Positions 1 through 8,909 of a stretch of DNA of 64,000 nt are shown piece by piece. The translations under genes and the position numbers were made by a program. This DNA comes from Promethearchaeota archaeon (lineage in GTDB: Archaea > Asgardarchaeota > Lokiarchaeia > Sigyniarchaeales > SOKP01): the NCBI GenBank assembly GCA_048937405.1, contig JBHLNF010000001.1, positions 720,785 through 784,784 on the forward strand, given 5' to 3'. Numbering within the stretch: position 1 is the stretch's first letter; each line of letters opens with the position of its first letter. The notes beneath the pieces were generated by a model that saw only the letters and a program-made list of their open reading frames with translations, was not told the DNA's origin and searched no databases.

Positions 1-1434
1 ATTTCGAATCTATATGGTATTGATAAGGATCTTTTTTTAGCGAAGATAAGTAAATTATACTTAGAAATATTAAGTAATGGAAAATCAAATATATTTTGTG
101 AAGATTCATTAGATCCAAAAAGTTATAGATCTCCAGCAAAAAACTTAATAAAAAATGATAGTTTTGATTATATCTTTACTAATCCTCCATTTGGAGTTAA
201 AATTCCTATAACTTATAAAAATATCTTAAAAGACTACCAATTAGCGCATATTTGGAAAAACCTCGACGACAAGTGGGAAATGCAAAATAAAATATTAAAG
301 CAACAATCACCTCAAATTTTATTTATTGAAAGATGTGTCCAATTACTCAAGACAGGTGGTAAACTGGGGATTGTCTTACCAGAAGGAATATTTGGAAATG
401 TAACAGATCGCTATATATGGGAATTTTTAACCTCTCAAGGCAAAATTTTAGGTATCATTTCTTTAGATCAGAACACATTCCAACCATACACATGTAACAA
501 AGCAAGTATTCTATTCTTTCAAAAATTAAATGAACTTCCAGAAGATTATACAATTGATTTTGCACTTGTAGAAAATGTTGGTCATGATAAAGATGGAAAA
601 GTCTTATATAAATTGAATAAAAATGGGAGCAAAAAGCTAGATTCTAATGGAAATGAAATCGTCAATGATGATCTTACAGATTTACATTTAAGATTAAATG
701 AATCTGAAGAGTTTAACTATTTAAAGGAGCAAAAAGTATTTAAAATAAAATTTAGTCAAATTAAAAATAAGATTTTTATCCCTGTTTATTATATTGGTGT
801 AGAAAAAATATTAAAGAAGCTTGCGGATGATAATAATTTCACTCTTTTTACTATTAAAGATTTGATAAAAAAAAAAATAATTTATTCTAATAAAGGTGGT
901 TATCTCCCTCGAGGAGACGAGATTGGTTCAAAGCTATATGGATTGGGAGATATTCCTTTTATTCGAACTAGCGAATTAAACAACTGGGAAATAAATTTAT
1001 ATTCTTATAAAAAGACTAGTGAAGAGGTTTATCAACAGTATAAAGATAAGCAAAATATAGAAATTGGAGATATATTATTGGTTAAAGATGGAGGTCCAAA
1101 TTTAATTGGAAAGACGGCTTATATCACAGAATTGGACACTAAAATAATCATTCAAAGTCATATTTTCCAGATTAAGACCATAAAAAACGATGAAAATATT
1201 GATCCTTACCTTTTATTATATCTATTTAATTTAGATGTCGTTCAAAAACAGATTCAAGCAATTACATTCGTTCAAGGTACAATTGCCACTATTGGGAATC
1301 GAATTATGGAAGTTGTTCTGCCAATCCCCGTTGATATTAATAAAAGGAAGGATATTTCAAGCACTATTAAGAAAATCATTGAGCAAAAAACGGAGATAAG
1401 GAAAAAAATAAACAATTTGTCTTTAACCTTGTAA
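1..1434 (+). CDS. N6-adenine DNA methyltransferase fused to a C-terminal HsdS-like target-recognition domain (Type I/IIG-like R-M protein), 5'-truncated by the window edge
   Basis: Frame 1 is open from base 1 (ISNLYGIDKD...FDYIFTNPPFG, with NPPF motif IV at 181-192). It continues into LFIERCVQLLKTGGKLGIVLPEG and a TRD-like region (IPFIRTSEL...GDILLVKDG...IGKT...LPIP). Confidence 0.88.
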   Translation: MSNLYGIDKDLFLAKISKLYLEILSNGKSNIFCEDSLDPKSYRSPAKNLIKNDSFDYIFTNPPFGVKIPITYKNILKDYQLAHIWKNLDDKWEMQNKILKQQSPQILFIERCVQLLKTGGKLGIVLPEGIFGNVTDRYIWEFLTSQGKILGIISLDQNTFQPYTCNKASILFFQKLNELPEDYTIDFALVENVGHDKDGKVLYKLNKNGSKKLDSNGNEIVNDDLTDLHLRLNESEEFNYLKEQKVFKIKFSQIKNKIFIPVYYIGVEKILKKLADDNNFTLFTIKDLIKKKIIYSNKGGYLPRGDEIGSKLYGLGDIPFIRTSELNNWEINLYSYKKTSEEVYQQYKDKQNIEIGDILLVKDGGPNLIGKTAYITELDTKIIIQSHIFQIKTIKNDENIDPYLLLYLFNLDVVQKQIQAITFVQGTIATIGNRIMEVVLPIPVDINKRKDISSTIKKIIEQKTEIRKKINNLSLTL

Positions 1435-1521
1435 AAAAATATTTTTTACTTAGAGATATTTTATTAACTTCTCCTAAAAATTAACTTAGAAAATAAGAAT
1501 AAAAAAAAATTAGATTCAAAT

Positions 1522-1743
1522 TTAAACATATCGAACTTTTATTTCCACTGAAGATATATCATCTATTCGTATTATTGAATCATAATAAGATCTATTACCC
1601 TTTTGTTCCAGAATCAAACAAAATTGCCCAACTTCCTTAATAGTTCCCAAATATTCCTTCCCGGAGTTAAGTATAATATATACTTCCTTAGTCTGAAGCT
1701 TTGTTAAGTAATCCTTTATTGTGTAATTTTCATTATATTCCAT
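1522..1743 (-). CDS. Small Sm/Hfq-like fold protein
   Basis: 73 aa. Sm1-like LQTKEVYIILNSGKEYLGTIKEVGQFCLIL and Sm2-like IIRIDDISSVEI. AAGGAG SD upstream of the ATG. Confidence 0.6.
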   Translation of the reverse strand: MEYNENYTIKDYLTKLQTKEVYIILNSGKEYLGTIKEVGQFCLILEQKGNRSYYDSIIRIDDISSVEIKVRYV

Positions 1744-1801
1744 TTTAAATCTCCTTAATTTCTTTAACTTACACTTATATTATCAAAAGATAAAATTAAA
1801 T

Positions 1802-3991
1802 TTATTGTTGATGATTTCTATTTTCAAGTCTACTGATTCTTTCTCCTAAATTTTCTATTTTTCTAATTATACTGTCAAGTTTTTCATCTAACATAAGACG
1901 AAATCGTTCATATATGTCCGTAATACTCTTTTCACGTTCTTTTTTACCCATTAAATCAATTTCGCGTTTGAAATTTTCAATGTATTTATATACATCCTCA
2001 CACAATGTATCAAAATTTTCAGTATCATATTCCAAGCCTAGTTCTCTTGAAAGATTTCTTTCAGCTAAATCTGACCATTCTACATCTTTCCCTTTTAAAG
2101 GAATCACAGGAATTGAGAATTTATCCGCTAATTGTAATTCATTAGTGCAATCTACAGAATCAAAAACAGATTTGTTTGTTGCAATGAATAATACTAATTG
2201 ACATTTCTGTACTGTATCTAGCATCCATTCATCAATATTGCCCGCGAGATCTTCTTCACAGAAAAAAACTTCAGATATCTCTTTTTGTTTTTCCAGAAAA
2301 TCTACAAGAGTTCCTATCTGATATGGTTCAAAATCGATTACTGCATGAGATATAAAAACTCTTATTGTCGCTTTCTTTCTTAGATATTTTAATATTAGGT
2401 CAGGTACTTTTTGTGAAATCGTTATTTCTTCAGATTCAAATGGATTGTTGGTTAGATTCAATTCAGCAAGTTCTTTTAGAGCCCATAATTCAGTTGGTAT
2501 ATTAGTAAGTTTATTATTACTTAAATTTAGATTTTTGATGGCTGTCAAATTAATAAATGATTCTGGAAGTTCAGTTATTTGGTTATTTGAAAGGCTGACT
2601 TCCTCAAGTTTAGTGCAATTTCCAATTGAGCTTGGCAAAGATGTTATACTATTATCATTTAGGATTAAATGCCTTAAATCTTTCAATAATCCTAAATCCT
2701 CAGGCAATTGGGTTATAAATTGTCCTGTAGCACTAATTCCAATAATTTGATTTTCTTCGACTAATACCCAAAAACCATTTTGATCGGGCATTTCTCCCAT
2801 TCTTATCATAGGTTTTGCTCTTGAGGATATTTGTGGAAGCACTTTAATTAATGATTCTGGTATATCCATTAAATAAAACCAGAACATAGGCGGTAATCCA
2901 GTTATTCTTACTTTATTTGCTCTAATCTTTTTTATTGCATTAAGATTTGCTCTATAAAACTCTAAATCTTTATTTGCATATGTTAAATTCTGAAGAGTTT
3001 TTATTTCAGCTAAGAATTCTGGGATGGGATTGATATCATTACCATCTAAATTCAAATTTCTTAGCTTTTCAACATTTTTTAGTGTTTCTGGTAAAGATTT
3101 TAGGTTATTTTTTGGTAGATATAAACTTTCAAGTTTATTTAGATCTCCAATGATATCTGGTAAGGAACTTATTTGATTTTCATCAAGATATACTTCTTTT
3201 AAATTTTCTAATTTACCAAAACTATTAGGTAGAGTTGTAAGTTTATTTCTCTTTATAATTAATTGAACTAGATTTTTTAAATTACCAATATTCTCAGGTA
3301 AATATAATATTTGATTATTACTCATATCCAACCTTTTAAGATTTTTAAGGTTTCCAAAAGCCTCAGGTACAGATAATAGGGAATTCAAATTTAATTCTAA
3401 GGTTTCTAAATTTTCAAGTGTTCCAAAGTTATCTGGTAAGTATTTTAATTGATTTCTTTTCAATGTTAATCTTTTTAAACTTCTCAAATTCCCAAATGAT
3501 TCTGGCAGAGTTGTTAATTCATTGCCCCAAAGTTCAAGAACAACTAAATTTTCCAAATTTCCAAAACTATTAGGGAGCATATTTAATTTATTATTACTTA
3601 ATGTTGCAAATTTTAAATTTCTTAGATTTCCGAAACTTTCTGGTAAGGTAGCTAATTCTGTGTGCTGTATTACAAGTTCTTCTAAACTGAATAACTCCCC
3701 AAAGCTATCTGGCAAAGATTTTAATTTATAGGCTTCTAATGCAATTATTTCTCTTAGATTTTTCAAATTACCAACACTTTCTGGTAGACTTTCAAAAGCT
3801 GAAGAACTGATATTTAATTTATTTAAGGATTTTAATTCTCCAATAACATATGGAATGCTTGTTTTTTCAATACTTCCTAGATTAAGATCCACAGCATTAC
3901 TGTCATCATACTTAACTCGAGTTTCAAGAGATATACCTAACTCTTCTTCAATTTGTTTAATTATTTCTTTATCATCTGTCACTTTTTTCAA
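1802..3991 (-). CDS. LRR-TIR-coiled-coil protein
   Basis: Many 23-aa LxxLxLxxNxLxxLPxxFGxL repeats in two blocks. TIR domain RVFISH...DCTNEL...IPVIPL, then a C-terminal heptad coil. TTG start. Confidence 0.9.
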   Translation of the reverse strand: MKKVTDDKEIIKQIEEELGISLETRVKYDDSNAVDLNLGSIEKTSIPYVIGELKSLNKLNISSSAFESLPESVGNLKNLREIIALEAYKLKSLPDSFGELFSLEELVIQHTELATLPESFGNLRNLKFATLSNNKLNMLPNSFGNLENLVVLELWGNELTTLPESFGNLRSLKRLTLKRNQLKYLPDNFGTLENLETLELNLNSLLSVPEAFGNLKNLKRLDMSNNQILYLPENIGNLKNLVQLIIKRNKLTTLPNSFGKLENLKEVYLDENQISSLPDIIGDLNKLESLYLPKNNLKSLPETLKNVEKLRNLNLDGNDINPIPEFLAEIKTLQNLTYANKDLEFYRANLNAIKKIRANKVRITGLPPMFWFYLMDIPESLIKVLPQISSRAKPMIRMGEMPDQNGFWVLVEENQIIGISATGQFITQLPEDLGLLKDLRHLILNDNSITSLPSSIGNCTKLEEVSLSNNQITELPESFINLTAIKNLNLSNNKLTNIPTELWALKELAELNLTNNPFESEEITISQKVPDLILKYLRKKATIRVFISHAVIDFEPYQIGTLVDFLEKQKEISEVFFCEEDLAGNIDEWMLDTVQKCQLVLFIATNKSVFDSVDCTNELQLADKFSIPVIPLKGKDVEWSDLAERNLSRELGLEYDTENFDTLCEDVYKYIENFKREIDLMGKKEREKSITDIYERFRLMLDEKLDSIIRKIENLGERISRLENRNHQQ

Positions 3992-4092
3992 ACCATTTAT
4001 ATTTTTCTAATTTTGAAATAAAAAAAAGATATTTCTTAATCTAAATTATTAATTTTGTTTTTCATTGAAAATAAACTTTAAACATTAATTAT

Positions 4093-5787
4093 TTAACTTT
4101 TTTTTTCGAGGTTTTCGATTCTATCTGTAAGACTTTTCATATTACTAGTTAATCCATCTATTTTTCTGATTACTTCACTCAGTTTCTCATCTAACATAAG
4201 ACGAAACCGTTCATAAATGTCTATTATTCCTAATCGTCGTTCCTCCTTTTCCATTAAATTAATTTCTCGCTTGAAATTTTCAATGTATTTGTATACATCA
4301 GAGCAAAATTGGTCGAAGTTATCAATATTATATTCTAATCCTAATTCCCGAGAAAGGTTTATTTCCGCCAAATCTGGCCAACCTATATCTTTACCCTTTA
4401 TGGGAATGACTGGAATAGAGAACTTATCAGCGAGCTGCAGTTCATTGGCACAATCTACGGAATTAAAAACTGATTTATTAGTCCCAATAAATAAAATTAG
4501 TTGACTCTTTTGCACAGCATTTAGCATCCACTCATCAATATTACCAGCAAGATCTGACTCACAAAAAAATACTTGAGATATTTCTTTTTGTTTTTCCAAG
4601 TATTTTACAAGCTCTTCTATGCGATAAGGCTCAAAATCGATAACTGCGTGAGATATAAAAACTATTATTGTAGCTTTCACTCTAAGGTATTCTCTAATTA
4701 AATCTGGAACTTTTTGTGAAACAACCATCTCTTCAGGATTTAGAGGATTGTTGGATAAATCTAAATCAGTAAGCTCTTTAAGTCCCCATAATTGTGTAGG
4801 GATCTCACTAAATTGGTTATTGTTAAGATTAAGATTATTAATCGACGTTAAATTAACAAAAGATTCTGGCAAAGTAGTCAATTTATTACTAGATAAATCG
4901 AGAATTTCTAAATCCTTTAATTCTCCAAAAGACTCTGGCAACGCTTCGATTTGATTACGCGAAATTATCAATGATTTTAGATTATTAAAAATTCCAAAAT
5001 TCTCTGGTAAGGATTTAATGCCATACCCAACAAATTTCCACTCCGTGACTTTACCATCCTCTACTTTTATTGCTAACCTAGATATCCTACCCTTTTTTTC
5101 ATCTTGAATGGTATCTTTTTCAATTTCACGTATGATCTCAATCTTTTCTTTAGGGAGATCATGCATTGCTTGAAACTGAAGTATAGCTGGTGCGAGTATA
5201 GTACCTCCTCTTTTATAAACACTTTTTAATACATTGAGACTTATATCATTCCATTCAAGATTATTAAATACTACTTTCAAGGTTTTTAGATTATCTAAAT
5301 TTCCTAACCATTCTGGTAAAAAATTCAAATTATTATTCTGCACATTAAGATGAGATAGGTTGTTAAGTTCCTTCATCCAATCAGGTATAGATGCTAACTC
5401 ATTAGTCTCTAGATTAAGACGGTTCAAATTCTTAAGCTCTCTCATCCATTCAGGTAATGACTTTAAATGGTTGTCCGATAAGTTTAATGATTCTAAATCT
5501 TTGAAATTTCTAATAAAATCTGGAACTTTATCAACCACTTTATATTTTAGACTTAAACCTTTTAGAGATTTAAGATTGCTCACAGAGTCATATACTTTTT
5601 GTTGATCTTGCTCAGATAAATCTAAATAATAGAAATTAATACCTATATATATTACATTATCTCCTTTAAGATAATAAAAAAATTCAGCATTATCTAAATT
5701 TTGTTCATAATAATCGTCGTGAATTTTTTTTAATTCCTTTCCTGTAAGTTTTGAGATTTCTTTAATTACTTTTAAATCATCACTCAT
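4093..5787 (-). CDS. LRR-TIR-coiled-coil protein (paralog of 1802..3991)
   Basis: LRR repeats, TIR VFISH...DCANEL...IPVIPI, C-terminal coil. GGTGA SD before the ATG. Confidence 0.9.
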   Translation of the reverse strand: MSDDLKVIKEISKLTGKELKKIHDDYYEQNLDNAEFFYYLKGDNVIYIGINFYYLDLSEQDQQKVYDSVSNLKSLKGLSLKYKVVDKVPDFIRNFKDLESLNLSDNHLKSLPEWMRELKNLNRLNLETNELASIPDWMKELNNLSHLNVQNNNLNFLPEWLGNLDNLKTLKVVFNNLEWNDISLNVLKSVYKRGGTILAPAILQFQAMHDLPKEKIEIIREIEKDTIQDEKKGRISRLAIKVEDGKVTEWKFVGYGIKSLPENFGIFNNLKSLIISRNQIEALPESFGELKDLEILDLSSNKLTTLPESFVNLTSINNLNLNNNQFSEIPTQLWGLKELTDLDLSNNPLNPEEMVVSQKVPDLIREYLRVKATIIVFISHAVIDFEPYRIEELVKYLEKQKEISQVFFCESDLAGNIDEWMLNAVQKSQLILFIGTNKSVFNSVDCANELQLADKFSIPVIPIKGKDIGWPDLAEINLSRELGLEYNIDNFDQFCSDVYKYIENFKREINLMEKEERRLGIIDIYERFRLMLDEKLSEVIRKIDGLTSNMKSLTDRIENLEKKS

Positions 5788-5977
5788 TTATTTCACCAGT
5801 TTTTTTAAAAAAATTGTTATATTGTAAGGTAATTCAAGAAACTAATAAAGGTTGATTTTTTTTTTGGATGATTCTCTTATTTACCAAATATTTTGCGAAA
5901 AACTTTCTTTAAAATGTTTTAAATCATAAATTTAATATGATAAATTAACTGAAAACTAACACCTAACATTATTCAAA

Positions 5978-6415
5978 ATGAAGATTGAAAAATTTACTAT
6001 AGGTTATTATGAGGAAATTGTAGCACTCTGGAGAAAAGCTGGAATCAATGTAGGCTCTTCTGATACATTAGAAGAAATTAATAAAATGCTTCAACGAAAT
6101 CCAAATCTTTTCTTGATAGGTAAGATACAAAGAAAAATTGTTAGTGTTGTAATTGGAGCATTTGATGGGAGAAGAGGTTATGTTCATCATCTTGCGGTAG
6201 ACCCAGATTATCAAAAGCAAGGATATGGGAAATTCATAATGGATGAATTATTAAAAGAGTTTCATAAAATTGGTGTGCATAAAATTCATTTGTTCATTCA
6301 AAAAAATAATAAGAATGTTGTTAAATTTTATCAGAATTTAGGATGGGAAGTCCGAGATGATTTAATAATGATGAGTTATATTCCAGATAAAAATTTATAT
6401 AAAATGACGATTTAA
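5978..6415 (+). CDS. GNAT acetyltransferase (YpeA-like)
   Basis: FDGRRGYVHHLAVDPDYQKQGYG acetyl-CoA motif A and NxxxxxFYxxLGW. Confidence 0.88.
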   Translation: MKIEKFTIGYYEEIVALWRKAGINVGSSDTLEEINKMLQRNPNLFLIGKIQRKIVSVVIGAFDGRRGYVHHLAVDPDYQKQGYGKFIMDELLKEFHKIGVHKIHLFIQKNNKNVVKFYQNLGWEVRDDLIMMSYIPDKNLYKMTI

Positions 6416-6521
6416 GTTCAATTTTCATGTAATTCCCTGATTGAAATAAGGTTATATCTTATACAATTTTTTTTAAATTTAAAATCAAAATTTCTATTTC
6501 TAAAGTGATGAATAAAACAAT

Positions 6522-7544
6522 TTATATAATTTTTGAACATAAATTTTTTAATAACTCCTCCACTTTCTTTGAAAATCCACTTACAATATCATCAACATCA
6601 ATTATGGAATCGATTAATCCACATGTCTGTCCTACTGGTACGGCCCCATTAACTACATCCCCTTTCGTATAAACAATTTCATAAGCACTCAGCTCTTTTA
6701 AGTATTCATTTATATCATAAGCTAATTCTTGGGATATTTTTTCTTCTTTAGTTATAACTTTCCCATGTTCTAAACAAAACTTATTTTTTAATAATCTAAT
6801 TGGACCAAATCCACCAGTAGTAAGCATTGTATCGTGTGCTGAAGCTGGAGCAATAAGATCTTTATATTTTTGATCGAACTCACACTCATTTGAGGCAATA
6901 AAACGAGTTCCCATCGCAACGGCATCAGCACCCATTGCTAATCCTGCAGCAATTCCTTCAGGTGTAGCAAAACCTCCACACGCAATAAGATATTTATCAG
7001 GGTATTTTTGGGCTACTTGTTGAACTAAGACTAATGTGGTTACACCTTCATAACTTTGATGCCCACCACCTTCAGTTCCCGTTGCTACAATCCCATCACA
7101 ACCAGATTCTATAATTTTATCAACTAACCATAATGCTGGACCAACATGAAAATGGTATAAATCTGGAGCTTTCTCCTTCCATATTTTTCCTACCATACGG
7201 GGACTTCCAGCGCTAGTTAAACCGTAAATTAATTGTTCTCTAAGTTTTGGGTTTTCTTTTCGCCACTGTGGAATTTTTCTTATTAAAATTTTGTGATCTG
7301 TTTGGATTCGAGCAACACGTACATTTATACCAAAAGGCTTATCTGTATGTTCAACAACATAATCTAATTGTTTCTTAAAATCTTTAATCGAATTTTTTCC
7401 TTGTAATGTTGCATGACTTACCACCCCTAATCCACCTGCTTCAGAAACGGCAACGGCTAATTTTGTTGTGTAAAATGGCCCCATTGGAGCACTTATTATT
7501 GGATATTTTATTCCAAAATCCTCAGTTATTCTTGTTTTAATCAA
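6522..7544 (-). CDS. Nitronate monooxygenase / FabK-like FMN oxidoreductase
   Basis: YPIISAPM, AVSEAGGLG, GTEGGGH, ACGG, GADAVAMGTRF, GQTCGLI. TTG start. Confidence 0.88.
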   Translation of the reverse strand: MIKTRITEDFGIKYPIISAPMGPFYTTKLAVAVSEAGGLGVVSHATLQGKNSIKDFKKQLDYVVEHTDKPFGINVRVARIQTDHKILIRKIPQWRKENPKLREQLIYGLTSAGSPRMVGKIWKEKAPDLYHFHVGPALWLVDKIIESGCDGIVATGTEGGGHQSYEGVTTLVLVQQVAQKYPDKYLIACGGFATPEGIAAGLAMGADAVAMGTRFIASNECEFDQKYKDLIAPASAHDTMLTTGGFGPIRLLKNKFCLEHGKVITKEEKISQELAYDINEYLKELSAYEIVYTKGDVVNGAVPVGQTCGLIDSIIDVDDIVSGFSKKVEELLKNLCSKII

Positions 7545-7822
7545 GTTTTATGACACTAGAAAAATTGAATGATCTATAGTTTATTCTTGCTTTTTAGAAA
7601 TAAAAAAGTTAACGATATCAAACAAATGCCAATCAATTCTTGAAACAAATAACAAAAACTTTTTTAGGTTCTTTTCTATAAATAATATAATAAATTGATG
7701 TAAACATAATAAGTCTGTCTTTGATAAAAAGAACTCAATAAATGTGAATCTGGTATGGATTTTAATAGAAAAAATGTTCTTGACCAATATATTTCTATAT
7801 TGAGTTTCTTCATTTTAAATGA

Positions 7823-7848
7823 ATTTAATAACAATTTTGTTATTAAAT
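7823..7848. promoter_or_regulatory. Perfect 12-bp inverted repeat overlapping a TATA-like element upstream of the his leader (candidate operator)
   Basis: ATTTAATAACAA-tt-TTGTTATTAAAT. It contains TTTAATAA about 30 nt upstream of the GTG at 7857. Confidence 0.5.
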
Positions 7849-7856
7849 CGAATGAT

Positions 7857-7919
7857 GTGAGAGTTGATTGCTTAAAAAACATTAATTCATACTTGCATCA
7901 TTGGCTACATCATGAATAA
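7857..7919 (+). CDS. Putative His-rich leader peptide of the his operon (MRVDCLKNINSYLHHWLHHE; the frame extends to an ATG at 7755)
   Basis: CAT CAT TGG CTA CAT CAT GAA TAA gives 4 His in the last 7 sense codons, 81 nt upstream of hisIE. The start codon is uncertain (GTG 7857, TTG 7800 or ATG 7755). Confidence 0.7.
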   Translation: MRVDCLKNINSYLHHWLHHE

Positions 7920-7990
7920 TTCCGATGAATTAGTATAATATTTTATCATTTATTCATCGGAATAAAATCGAACTAAATTATTTTAGTTTG
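7919..7990 (+). promoter_or_regulatory. his leader RNA structures (attenuator-like)
   Basis: Perfect 12-bp stem ATTCCGATGAAT (7919-7930) / ATTCATCGGAAT (7952-7963) starting on the leader stop codon. A second stem CGAACTAAA-ttat-TTTAGTTTG (7969-7990) abuts the GGGGGA SD. Confidence 0.65.
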
Positions 7991-8000
7991 GGGGATAATT

Positions 8001-8909
8001 ATGATAATATTAAAAATTAATATGAAGGATATGGAAACGGTTGGAGGCTTAAAAGAGTTTATAGATGGAGTATTTACAAAACGAAATTGGGATTTGTTTA
8101 TAACTCTTGTTCTTGAAGCTAATAAGGAAAGCCTTATTACACTGATAAAGGATGATATGCTTAAGATGGTTTCTAATAAGGTTAAAATATGGATAAATTC
8201 AGAAAATAATCAAAAAGAATTAATTAATTTAATAACAGAAAAGGGAATGACGATATACAATTCAGAATCTCATAAAAATGATGAGGTTTTAAGTTTGGAT
8301 TCAATAAAAGATTATTCATCAATAGATAATATTTTGTTTAAGATTTTAGATTTTGATAAAGCTAATGGACTGATACCAACAATTGTACAAGACCTTAATG
8401 ACAATGTACTAATGCTTGCATATTCATCAAAAGAGTCCTTGAAGGTTACAATCAAATATAGAAAATCAACTTATTTTAGCAGATCGAGGAATCGCCTATG
8501 GACTAAAGGTGAAGAATCAGGAAATTATCAAATTGTAAAGAGCATTCTTTACGATTGTGATGCGGATACTTTATTATTTAGGGTAAAACAGAAAGGTTTT
8601 GCTTGTCATAAAGGTACTTATTCTTGTTTTCAGGATCGGAAATTTTCTATAGGATATCTCTATGATTTAATAGTTGATAGAATCAAAAATTATAGTGTAA
8701 ATGAATCCTATAGTAAAAGACTTGCTGAGGATAATGAATTATTAATGTCTAAAATTGAGGAAGAGTGTAACGAAGTGATAAATTACACCGATAGGGATAA
8801 CTTAATTTGGGAAATTGCAGATATTGCATATTTTATTCTTGTATTAATGGCTACCAAAAAAATTAAACCTGAAGAAATAATAAATGAATTAAAGAGGAGG
8901 AACAAATGA
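8001..8909 (+). CDS. hisIE: Bifunctional phosphoribosyl-AMP cyclohydrolase / phosphoribosyl-ATP pyrophosphatase with a ~105-aa N-terminal extension
   Basis: HisI motifs GLIPTIVQD, SRSRNRLWTKGEESG, DCDADTLL, ACHKGTYSCF. HisE motifs SYSKRL, KIEEE, EIAD. Confidence 0.92.
   Translation: MIILKINMKDMETVGGLKEFIDGVFTKRNWDLFITLVLEANKESLITLIKDDMLKMVSNKVKIWINSENNQKELINLITEKGMTIYNSESHKNDEVLSLDSIKDYSSIDNILFKILDFDKANGLIPTIVQDLNDNVLMLAYSSKESLKVTIKYRKSTYFSRSRNRLWTKGEESGNYQIVKSILYDCDADTLLFRVKQKGFACHKGTYSCFQDRKFSIGYLYDLIVDRIKNYSVNESYSKRLAEDNELLMSKIEEECNEVINYTDRDNLIWEIADIAYFILVLMATKKIKPEEIINELKRRNK

Noticed and set aside
1914-5605. Plus-strand ORFs inside the LRR-TIR genes, some of them similar to each other
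   Set aside because: They are antisense shadows of Leu/Asn-rich repeats. Their mutual similarity simply mirrors the paralogy of the real genes.
7852-7860. Mini-ORF ATG ATG TGA overlapping the leader GTG
   Set aside because: It could aid re-initiation, but it is too short to distinguish from chance.
7581-7882. Two 68-aa minus-strand ORFs in the his upstream region
   Set aside because: No motifs, low-complexity AT-rich translation, and they overlap each other. The plus-strand His-rich frame explains the region better.
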